Of a stretch of DNA of 58,676 nt, positions 18,161-25,730 are shown piece after piece. Below the pieces are notes generated by a model that had not been told where the DNA came from, searched no databases, and was given only the letters and a program-made list of their open reading frames with translations. Position 1 is the stretch's first letter, and the number at the start of each line of letters is the position of its first letter. Made by a program: the position numbers and the translations under genes. The DNA is from a virus (taxonomy: Duplodnaviria > Caudoviricetes), in IMG/VR virus record IMGVR_UViG_3300050343_000144, positions 1 through 58,676 of that record, one strand, 5' to 3'.

Positions 18161-18283
18161 TTATAAATTGAATTTGATTATTAGTTTTTTAAATATTGAA
18201 AGTTTTTTGTATTGTTTAGCCGTGTAAACATTTACCCTTCCTTTTCTGATGTGGGTATAAATACCCGTTTTTAGCTTTGTCAT
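18161..18283 (-). CDS. 40-aa hypothetical early protein
   Basis: MTKLKTGIYTHIRKGRVNVYT..., fills the gap. Confidence 0.5.
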   Translation of the reverse strand: MTKLKTGIYTHIRKGRVNVYTAKQYKKLSIFKKLIIKFNL

Positions 18284-18290
18284 AATTTTA

Positions 18291-18494
18291 TTAATTTGTG
18301 TATTTGTTTTCTTGACAATATCCAATTTCCTGGACTTCGTCGTTTGTATTTAATTCATAGATCAAATATTTATGCAGTTTTGTAAGTCTTGGTTTTTTAC
18401 AAGCTTTGTAAAATATTTTTCTTGTAGCGTCTTTGTATTCGATATAAAATATATATTGTTTCATTTTTTTTATTTTGTTCTTATTGATGTCCAT
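18291..18494 (-). CDS. Hypothetical early protein
   Basis: 67-aa ORF (start may be the internal Met). Confidence 0.55.
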   Translation of the reverse strand: MDINKNKIKKMKQYIFYIEYKDATRKIFYKACKKPRLTKLHKYLIYELNTNDEVQEIGYCQENKYTN

Positions 18495-19057
18495 ACGATC
18501 GCCTGGAATTCAAATCCCGTGATCCCTAATTTTTCGGCTTTTGCTAGTGTTAATTTTTTTATCTGTTTATATGCTACGCGACCGATTGAAGCATTATCTA
18601 TTTTAATAATTTTATCAAAACAAGCGCGTAAATGCCAAATATCTACAGTTAAAGCCGTAGGATCTAAAAAAGCTATGTTTCTAACAAAATTGAATGTTTT
18701 GAGGCTTTTATCTGTAATTTTTACTTTGTCGTCTAAGATCGCAAAGGCTTTAAATTTATTAGTATGAAAGGTGCAAACCTTTATATCTTCGGGAGTTTTT
18801 CCCTCTGTCCAGGCTTTGCAAACTTTGATCGTGTCGGCAATATTTTGTTTCCATTTGTTGCGAGGACTCAAAGCGCTCAAAACTGAAGCGACTTTGTAAG
18901 GGTCAATTTTATACTCTGTTGCAATGTTTAAAACAATTTTATTGGCTTCTTGATACCATTTTAAGCCGTCTTTTACTTGGTCGTCTGTTGCAATATTAAA
19001 AAACTTGTCTAGGTTTTTAGATATTTTATTTAACTTGTATTTGCTTAGTTCTTTCAT
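18470..19057 (-). CDS. DUF7178-like protein (HhH-glycosylase-like fold)
   Basis: GLKWY...VLSALSPRNKW..N...KTFNF..NI...TVDIWHLR...FQAIVW. Confidence 0.65.
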   Translation of the reverse strand: MKELSKYKLNKISKNLDKFFNIATDDQVKDGLKWYQEANKIVLNIATEYKIDPYKVASVLSALSPRNKWKQNIADTIKVCKAWTEGKTPEDIKVCTFHTNKFKAFAILDDKVKITDKSLKTFNFVRNIAFLDPTALTVDIWHLRACFDKIIKIDNASIGRVAYKQIKKLTLAKAEKLGITGFEFQAIVWTSIRTK

Positions 19058-19064
19058 AATTTTA

Positions 19065-19367
19065 CTATCTATCTGTTAACATTGTTTCAATTAAATTTTT
19101 TGCGATCTCTATGCGTTCCGACTTATTCAAAATGTATTTTGTCGGCTTGTATTTGTATAAATACCTGCAAACGTCTAAATTATCCGTACTTTTAAAATAT
19201 TGTCTAATTCGCTCCTGGAGTCCGTTTATAGCTTTGTCAAGATCAAAATTTGATCTATCTATTTTTTTATAAATGGTTTTTTTATACGGATTATAAAAAT
19301 TGTGATAAAAAGCGCTTTCATTTTCCAGGGTCAAAATACAATCGTTTATTTTTATTTGATCTTTCAT
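19065..19367 (-). CDS. Hypothetical early protein
   Basis: 100-aa ORF. Confidence 0.65.
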   Translation of the reverse strand: MKDQIKINDCILTLENESAFYHNFYNPYKKTIYKKIDRSNFDLDKAINGLQERIRQYFKSTDNLDVCRYLYKYKPTKYILNKSERIEIAKNLIETMLTDR

Positions 19368-19369
19368 AA

Positions 19370-19612
19370 TTATTTTTTATTTACTGATTTTATAAATTGT
19401 TTTGCTTTTTTTATTGTAGTGAAAGAAGTTCCACCTAAATAAGTTTTAAATTCATCTTCTTTGCTATAAAAATAACTTGACGGACATTTAAAATATTTAT
19501 ATTCTATTTCGTGGTTTCCGTGTTCACTATAAATTATTTTCGCTTCGTGTACTTTTATACCCGTGAAATTTGGTAGGTATTTTTTTTGTTGATCCAGGTT
19601 TAAAAAATTCAT
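19370..19612 (-). CDS. First gene of the early operon, hypothetical
   Basis: 80-aa ORF downstream of a TATATTTG box. Confidence 0.65.
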   Translation of the reverse strand: MNFLNLDQQKKYLPNFTGIKVHEAKIIYSEHGNHEIEYKYFKCPSSYFYSKEDEFKTYLGGTSFTTIKKAKQFIKSVNKK

Positions 19613-19648
19613 AATAATAATTTAAAATTTTGTGTCTCATTGACATTG

Positions 19649-19656
19649 CAAATATA
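19649..19656 (-). promoter_or_regulatory. Bacteroidota-type -7 box (TATATTTG), early promoter
   Basis: Exact TAnnTTTG match about 37 nt upstream of the first minus-strand gene. Confidence 0.7.
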
Positions 19657-19943
19657 AAGTAAAATAAAAGTATTAACCTAATTATTTTACAAGTATTTTA
19701 AAAGTATTTTATAAGTTGTTAGTATTCAGCAAGTTACAAAGCAAATTTTTTTGTTTGTAGTGATGGCACACGGGCAAAATAAACGTTTTCTTTTGTTTGT
19801 TAGCTGGTTAGCTCCAGCCGTTTAAATAGTATTTATTAAAATGCTTTTTGTTTTGGGGAATGGTTAACCCTTTTCTTTTGTGTCCGTGACAAAATAAAAA
19901 AGGGGAAAGAATAAAGAACAAAGAAACAAGAACAACGGGAAAC

Positions 19944-20004
19944 GGTGCGAGGTGGTCGGGTGGTGTGGTGGTGTTGTCGGGTGGTGTGGTGGTGGTGGTG
20001 GTGT
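19944..20004 (+). repeat. G/T-rich (GGT)n low-complexity tract
   Basis: GGTGGTCGGGTGGTGTGGTGGTGTTGTCGGGTGGTGTGGTGGTGGTGGTGGTG in an AT-rich genome. Confidence 0.9.
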
Positions 20005-20171
20005 CCTATGGAAAAGCTAAAAAAATCTGAGGCAAATTTTTAAAATGTGGAGGGGGGGTTGTTTTTAAAAGTCGTTTTCTTTTTGGCGTCGTGTTGCGTA
20101 TATCATATATTACCCAACGCCTCTAAGCGTCTAATATTTTTTTATTATCTTTACACTATAAACATTATATT

Positions 20172-20399
20172 ATGAAAATCAAAGGAGCAAATAAAATACC
20201 GAGCAGACCTGTAATGGCTGAATATATTTCAAATCGAAATAGACACGAGTTGTCTGGAGATTTTAATTATTATGAAACAGGGATCAGTAAAATGGTTTCT
20301 TTAAAAAATGCTAAATACAGAGCAAATAAAATTGGAATGATGGCAGATGGAATTGAATTAGCAGAACAAAAAAAGAATTTTTTTAACAGTTACAAATAA
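20172..20399 (+). CDS. Hypothetical protein
   Basis: Has its own near-consensus promoter (TATCTTTA, 20146) and terminator. Confidence 0.7.
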   Translation: MKIKGANKIPSRPVMAEYISNRNRHELSGDFNYYETGISKMVSLKNAKYRANKIGMMADGIELAEQKKNFFNSYK

Positions 20400-20424
20400 C
20401 TTTCTTCCCATAGTTAATTTGTGT

Positions 20425-20462
20425 AAAAGGGGTTGGATTAAAAGTCTAGCCTCTTTTTTTTT
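20425..20462 (+). terminator. Intrinsic terminator
   Basis: AGGGGTTGGATT/AGTCTAGCCTCT stem plus T run. Confidence 0.75.
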
Positions 20463-20477
20463 GTAAGATTGGTTGAT

Positions 20478-20639
20478 TTATGTTGATTATCAACATAACT
20501 ATGTTAACGATATGTTGTCTAAAGTTCTGATTATCAGTCTTATGTCGATTATGTTAATTTTTTCTCTTCTTTTTCACGGAAAGAAAAATATAAATAAGTA
20601 TTTACTCTATATATATATAGGGAAACTTAAAACCAACAT
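20478..20639. repeat. Origin-like element copy B with extra ATGTT boxes and palindromes
   Basis: TTATGTTGAT-T-ATCAACATAA palindrome, CTGATTATCAG, ATGTT/C at 20480, 20501, 20512, 20542 and 20551, (TA)6 core. Confidence 0.7.
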
Positions 20640-20719
20640 TTTTAAAATTAGCTCAACTTACTTTATTCTAATTTATTTTTTATACTTTTGACATATAATT
20701 TAATTAAATCTAATACATT

Positions 20720-22303
20720 ATGAGTTACAGTCCAAAGGATCTTGTATTTGACCAGGAGGGTCGAGACAAATTAAAGAAAGGAATTAATGCGATTACTAAT
20801 GCTGTTAAAAGCACACTAGGTCCATTAGGTAAAACTGTTTTAATTGAGTCTCCAGAACACACCCACGGTATAACCGTTACTAAAGACGGAGTGACTGTAG
20901 CTAAATCTATCTTCTTAGAGGATGCTGTAGAAAACTTAGCTGTAAAGATGATGAAAGAAGCAGCTGACCGAACTGCTAGTTCTGCTGGTGATGGAACAAC
21001 AACTGCAATTGTACTTACTGAGGCAATTATTCGTAACGGAATGAATGCAATAGAGAAAGGCGAAAACATAAATACTACAGAACTTATACGAGACATAAAC
21101 GAAACGGTTAAGGGTATTGTAAAAAACTTAAACAAAGTTTCTAAAAAGGTAAGTTCAAAAACACTTCGTGATGTTGCTACTGTATCTGCGAATAATTCAG
21201 CTGAACTAGGTCGATTAATATCAGATGCTTACAAAGAGCTTGGTAAAGATGGTGTACTGACAGTAGAAAATTCTCAGACTGAAGAAACTTACTATGAAAT
21301 TACTAAGGGTATAAAAATAGAAAGAGGTTATACAACACAGCTTTTTGCTAATAATGAAAGAAACGATGAGTGTGTTTTAGATAATGTTCATATTCTAGTT
21401 ACTGACACAGAGATTCAGAGCTTGATGGAGATTGAGAATATACTTAGACCGATTATTAAAGAAAAGAAAAAACTTTTGATTATAGGAAACTGTACTCAAA
21501 ACGTAGTTAATACATTAGGCGCAAACAAAATTCAGAATAATTTAGCGGTATGTAATATTATACCACCATCGTTTGGATATAAGACCAATGAGTTATTAGC
21601 TGATATTTCGTTATCGATAGGCGCAAAGTATTTTAGTGAGTCTCAAGGAGATGACTTGAGTTTACTTACAATGGATAGCTTAGGGTTTGCTGAGAAAATT
21701 ATTGTTGGGAAGGAAGGTACTGTTATCGTTACATCTAACGAAAAGCAAAATGAAGAGATAGGCGAAAGAATCAACCAACTGAAAGATCAGCACAAGAAGA
21801 CTTCTTTAAACAAGTATGAGAAAGATTTTATATTAGAACGTATAGCGAACTTGACTGGATCTGTTGGCGTTATTTATGTAGGAGCGAACTCAGACATTGA
21901 GCAAAAAGAAAAATTTGACCGCATCGATGATGCGGTGTGTGCTGTTCGTTCAGCGTTAGAAGAAGGAATATTGCCAGGCGGAGGATTAGCTTTACTAAGA
22001 GAGGCTGAGAATTTAGGCGATGGAATTTCAAATGATATATTATATAATTCTTTAACTGCTCCACTTGAGCAGATACTAACTAACGCAGGTGATGATGTTA
22101 AAAAGGTACGTGACTCAATATGTTCTTGTGCGTCAGCTCCAGTAAATTATGGTTATAATGTAAAGACCAAAGAGTATGGTGATATGTTTAAGATGGGGAT
22201 TATTGATCCAGCTAAAGTAACAAAGAACGCACTTATAAATGCAGCAAGTGTTGCAACAACTATACTTAGTACAAACGCAATAGTAACAATGAAACGAGCA
22301 TAA
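20720..22303 (+). CDS. groEL: Phage-encoded chaperonin GroEL
   Basis: STLGPLG, VTKDGVTVAK, AGDGTTTA, EGILPGGG, GIIDPAKV; no GGM tail. Confidence 0.97.
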   Translation: MSYSPKDLVFDQEGRDKLKKGINAITNAVKSTLGPLGKTVLIESPEHTHGITVTKDGVTVAKSIFLEDAVENLAVKMMKEAADRTASSAGDGTTTAIVLTEAIIRNGMNAIEKGENINTTELIRDINETVKGIVKNLNKVSKKVSSKTLRDVATVSANNSAELGRLISDAYKELGKDGVLTVENSQTEETYYEITKGIKIERGYTTQLFANNERNDECVLDNVHILVTDTEIQSLMEIENILRPIIKEKKKLLIIGNCTQNVVNTLGANKIQNNLAVCNIIPPSFGYKTNELLADISLSIGAKYFSESQGDDLSLLTMDSLGFAEKIIVGKEGTVIVTSNEKQNEEIGERINQLKDQHKKTSLNKYEKDFILERIANLTGSVGVIYVGANSDIEQKEKFDRIDDAVCAVRSALEEGILPGGGLALLREAENLGDGISNDILYNSLTAPLEQILTNAGDDVKKVRDSICSCASAPVNYGYNVKTKEYGDMFKMGIIDPAKVTKNALINAASVATTILSTNAIVTMKRA

Positions 22304-22560
22304 TGAAAGCAATAGGGAAAACCATAGTAATTGAAACCATAAAAGAAAAAGAAACTACTGAGTCAGGAATACTACTTACCTCATCAGACAGCAATCAGTT
22401 TAGATATAAAAAAGGAAAGGTAATTCTTCCAGGACACGAATGCTCTGTTATAAATAAAGGTGATATTATTTTTTATGACAAAGCCGCTGGACATACTATG
22501 ATGTTAAACGAAAACATATATACTATTATTCAGGAGCGTGACGTTGTTGTTGTCGAATAA
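22303..22560 (+). CDS. groES: Co-chaperonin GroES
   Basis: TTESGILL mobile loop, KGKVI, GDIIFY, IIQERDVV; TAATG-coupled to groEL. Confidence 0.9.
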   Translation: MKAIGKTIVIETIKEKETTESGILLTSSDSNQFRYKKGKVILPGHECSVINKGDIIFYDKAAGHTMMLNENIYTIIQERDVVVVE

Positions 22561-23007
22561 CATTATTCATTTCCTTAATAATTTTTCTATATACCTTGTT
22601 ACTGTATTTGGTGTTGTTTTTAAATATTGGGTTTCTATATGGGCTTTCTGATATAGTCTCTTTCATATTTAATTTTTTGTATATAGAAGATACCACACGC
22701 TTACCTTTGAATCCCAACTCATAAAGTTTAGATTCGTTTCCAACTCTTTCACGCCAGATAATTATCCATTTGTCTTTAAGTAGTTTTTGAAATCTCATTT
22801 TGTCCCAGGACATAATTTCATTGAACTCTTCAAATTGTTTTCTGGTAAACAATCCTTCGCTATATAAAAACAACATCATTTCTATATCAGCTGTTTTTAA
22901 ATTATAATAAGCTCTAGCCCAATGCTTTACAACTTTCCAATATTTAAGATAATCATTAGAAGGCTCTTTACGATCATAATTAGCTCGTAGTTTTTTACTA
23001 AAATTCA
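22526..23007 (-). CDS. Putative winged-helix (MarR-like) protein, lone antisense gene
   Basis: LKTADIEMMLFLY...RFQKLLKDKWI...LYELGFKGKR; likely start at MNFSKK (23007). Confidence 0.6.
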
Positions 23008-23053
23008 TTATATTTAATTTAATTATATTTGTAAATATAAACAAAAACGAATT

Positions 23054-23212
23054 ATGGCAGGAAGAACTAAGAAGAAAGGTAACAAGATTTGTTCAGCTGG
23101 GATAGCCTGGGCAAAACGAACTTTTGACACATATCCTTCAGCATATGCGAATATGGCTGCAAGTAAATATTGTAAAGATCCTAACTACGCTAAAGGTTCT
23201 AAAAAGAAATAA
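23054..23212 (+). CDS. 52-aa basic microprotein
   Basis: MAGRTKKKGNKICSAGIAWAKRTFDTYPSAYANMAASKYCKDPNYAKGSKKK; TATATTTG box at 23024. Confidence 0.75.
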   Translation: MAGRTKKKGNKICSAGIAWAKRTFDTYPSAYANMAASKYCKDPNYAKGSKKK

Positions 23213-23263
23213 ACTATACATAAGGATCATAATAAGATAAGATAATTAAAAAAACTATACAGA

Positions 23264-23515
23264 TTGGGTGAATTAAAAAAATGGCGTGATCAAAAGTGGG
23301 TTCGTATAGGAACTGATGGCTCTATTAAAGGAGCTTGTGGAACTAGCAAGAATAAAAAAAATCCAGACAGATGTTTGCCGTTAGCCAAAGCTAAATCAAT
23401 GTCAAAAGCTCAAAGAGCTAAAACTGCTCGCAAGAAAAAAGCGGCAGGAAGAAAAGGAAAGACAGTAGTTTCAAATACTAAAGCAGGAAAAGTAACTAAA
23501 AAATATACAAAATGA
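23264..23515 (+). CDS. Basic microprotein (DUF5872-like)
   Basis: LKKWRDQKWV...CG...RCLP.AKA.SMS. Confidence 0.75.
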   Translation: MGELKKWRDQKWVRIGTDGSIKGACGTSKNKKNPDRCLPLAKAKSMSKAQRAKTARKKKAAGRKGKTVVSNTKAGKVTKKYTK

Positions 23516-23640
23516 AAAACAAATTAAAACCTTATTTTACGGCAGCAATAAAAAGTGGAGTAAAGCCTGAAAGAAATGGATTACCTTCAGAAAAACAAAT
23601 AAAAAAAAGTGTTTACGCTAGTTGCGGTAAAGGTAAATAA
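23512..23640 (+). CDS. 42-aa basic microprotein
   Basis: ATGA-coupled; MKNKLKPYFTAAIKSG...SCGKGK. Confidence 0.55.
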   Translation: MKNKLKPYFTAAIKSGVKPERNGLPSEKQIKKSVYASCGKGK

Positions 23641-23642
23641 TA

Positions 23643-23897
23643 ATGGCAAAACCAAGAAAAGGAAAGGCTAAAGTTAAAATAACTTCAACTGGTAAAAAAG
23701 TTAGTTATGGTCAAGCTGGTAGAGCAAAAGGTGGCGGACCAAGAGTAAAGCCAGGGACATCTAAAGGCGATAGTTATTGTGCTAGAAGCTTAGGTATTAA
23801 AAGAAGACTGTCTAAGAAAAAACAAAGAGATCCTAATACTCCAAATAATTTATCTAGAAAAAGATGGAAATGCTCAGGTGCAAAGTCCCGAAAATAA
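23643..23897 (+). CDS. Basic microprotein (DUF6321-like)
   Basis: VSYGQAG...SYCARS.G...DPNTPNNLSRKRWKC. Confidence 0.75.
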   Translation: MAKPRKGKAKVKITSTGKKVSYGQAGRAKGGGPRVKPGTSKGDSYCARSLGIKRRLSKKKQRDPNTPNNLSRKRWKCSGAKSRK

Positions 23898-23942
23898 GTA
23901 TTTAAATTATCACTATATTTGTAGAAATAATAAATTAAGGTT

Positions 23943-24083
23943 ATGGGTAAATTATTTGTAAAGATTGGATTATGGATGCAAGAAGTTTGGTGTAAATTTC
24001 AATGCAAATGGAATTGGATTGTTTCAAAGCTTATGTTTTCTGTTTCTTCTTGTCCAAACAAATTATGTACTTGTAAAAAATAA
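23943..24083 (+). CDS. 46-aa Cys/Trp-rich microprotein
   Basis: MGKLFVKIGLWMQEVWCKFQCKWNW...CPNKLCTCKK; TATATTTG box at 23914. Confidence 0.6.
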   Translation: MGKLFVKIGLWMQEVWCKFQCKWNWIVSKLMFSVSSCPNKLCTCKK

Positions 24084-24089
24084 AATTCA

Positions 24090-24248
24090 ATGAAACAAAA
24101 ATCAATAGGATTAGGAGACGATTTAGAAAAGGTATTTAAAAAAACAGGAATAAAAGCTGTTGTTGAGAAAGTTACTAAAGGGGGATGCGGATGTAAAGAA
24201 AGAAAGGATAGCCTTAATAGAATGTTTCCTTATAAAAATAGTAAATAA
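24090..24248 (+). CDS. 52-aa microprotein with GLGD and CGC motifs
   Basis: SIGLGDDLEKVFKKTGIK...GCGCKERKDSLN. Confidence 0.7.
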   Translation: MKQKSIGLGDDLEKVFKKTGIKAVVEKVTKGGCGCKERKDSLNRMFPYKNSK

Positions 24249-24257
24249 AATATAGAT

Positions 24258-24569
24258 ATGTCATATTCAAAAATAAATGTAAATACATTAAATGGAGTGC
24301 AGGTCACAAATAGTGATACTGTTGAAATTCCAAATACTTCTAATGAAGGGTTTTTAATTTACGTTGGAAGCACAGTTCCAATTCTTCAAGATATAACTTC
24401 TGGAGCAGGAACACCAGATCCTAGATACGTAAACATAAGAGTACTAACTATAAATAATCAAGACATTACTTTTAACAACTTTAAAGTAGGCGAATACTTA
24501 CCTGTTCAGTGCAAAAAGGTTTTTGCAACAGGAACGACTACAGGTGTTGATTGTATAGCAATGTCGTAA
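24258..24569 (+). CDS. Capsid decoration / spike-base-like protein
   Basis: IYVG...ITF..F..GEYLPVQCKKVFATGT resembles the RcGTA Rcc01079-type spike base. Confidence 0.55.
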   Translation: MSYSKINVNTLNGVQVTNSDTVEIPNTSNEGFLIYVGSTVPILQDITSGAGTPDPRYVNIRVLTINNQDITFNNFKVGEYLPVQCKKVFATGTTTGVDCIAMS

Positions 24570-24641
24570 TAATATGAACTACACTCAATCAAATTCTTGG
24601 AACTCTGAATTGTTTTTTGTGTATAATATAACCAAAAAAAA

Positions 24642-24797
24642 ATGATGCAAGATTACAAAATATTAATGATTAACGCTGGTAGTTTCGGAATTTCAATGAC
24701 AAATATAGATGTGACCCTCAAAATATTTCTTCTTTTGGTTACTATAGGATATACAGTACAAAAGTGGTATTTACTAAACAAGAATAAAAATAAATAA
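24642..24797 (+). CDS. Putative holin (51 aa)
   Basis: Hydrophobic LKIFLLLVTIGYTV, basic tail, upstream of the amidase. Confidence 0.6.
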   Translation: MMQDYKILMINAGSFGISMTNIDVTLKIFLLLVTIGYTVQKWYLLNKNKNK

Positions 24798-24820
24798 TAT
24801 TAACTCAAAATATAAAAAAA

Positions 24821-24852
24821 TAGAGGCGCATATATATTGCGTCTTTTTTTTT
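24821..24852 (+). terminator. Hairpin/terminator between holin and endolysin
   Basis: AGGCGCA/TGCGTCT stem with a T run downstream and an A run upstream. Confidence 0.65.
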
Positions 24853-24877
24853 CATATTATTTAAATAATATATTATT

Positions 24878-25291
24878 ATGAGAGAGATTAAAGAAATAAT
24901 TATACATTGTTCCGCTACTCCATTAGGAAAAGATTTTAGTGCAGAGGTTATAAGAGACTGGCACGTAAAGGGAAATGGATGGGATGATATAGGTTATCAC
25001 TTTATTGTAAGACTAGATGGAACAATAGAGTACGGAAGAATGGTTGATAAGCAAGGAGCGCATTGCAAAGGTCATAATAAATATTCTGTAGGAATTTGTT
25101 ATATTGGTGGTATGGATAGAGAGATGAAAGAATGGATTGATACTAGAACGGATCAGCAAAAAATTTCACTGTTGTTATTAATAAAAACATTAAAGAAAAC
25201 TAATCCTAATATTAAGGTTTTTGGTCATCAAGATTTTTCAAGTAAGCAGTGTCCAAGCTTTGATGCAAAAACAGAATACGAGAATATATGA
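24878..25291 (+). CDS. N-acetylmuramoyl-L-alanine amidase endolysin (T7 lysozyme family)
   Basis: IIIHCSAT, GWDDIGYHF, GAHCKGHN, GICYIGG, GHQD, KQCPSF. Confidence 0.95.
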   Translation: MREIKEIIIHCSATPLGKDFSAEVIRDWHVKGNGWDDIGYHFIVRLDGTIEYGRMVDKQGAHCKGHNKYSVGICYIGGMDREMKEWIDTRTDQQKISLLLLIKTLKKTNPNIKVFGHQDFSSKQCPSFDAKTEYENI

Positions 25292-25683
25292 AAAAAGTAA
25301 TAGAGTGGTTCGGAGGCGGACTAGTAAAAGATTTGTTAGGCGGCTTAGATAAGTTGTTTACATCAAAAGAAGAAAAAATTAAAGCAGAAAATGTTATAAA
25401 ACAAATTCTAATTGAAAAGCAATTAGAACTTCAGAAAATGCAAACAGAAATTATTGTAACTGAAGCAAAAGGCAACTGGTTACAAAGAAGCTGGCGACCG
25501 ATACTAATGTTGGCGTTTGGTTTTATAGTAATTTACGTAAAATTTATTGCACCTTTATTTAATTTAACAACACCAGAATTAGAAAATGAATTTTGGAATT
25601 TATTGCAGTTAGGTATTGGTGGTTATGTTATTGGTCGTAGTGCAGAGAAAATATCAAAAAATGTCACATTTAACAAAAAGTAA
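25288..25683 (+). CDS. 3TM holin (GTA holin-like)
   Basis: EAKGNWLQRSWRPI...LLQLGIGGYVIGRSAEK. Confidence 0.8.
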   Translation: MKKVIEWFGGGLVKDLLGGLDKLFTSKEEKIKAENVIKQILIEKQLELQKMQTEIIVTEAKGNWLQRSWRPILMLAFGFIVIYVKFIAPLFNLTTPELENEFWNLLQLGIGGYVIGRSAEKISKNVTFNKK

Positions 25684-25730
25684 CGCTAGATTTTTTTTTA
25701 TTAACTTTGTAATATATAAAAAAATAGATA

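Noticed and set aside
11658-20639. Invertible 9-kb segment bounded by the two inverted elements
   Set aside because: Identity is patchy (boxes only) and no invertase is present; shared binding sites explain it better
20473-20691. 72-aa ORF from the track
   Set aside because: TTG start, low-complexity I/L/F/Y translation, and it overlies the origin-like element and groEL promoter
19613-20720. CRISPR array or attP site in the non-coding region
   Set aside because: No regularly spaced 25-45-bp repeats, and no integrase seen
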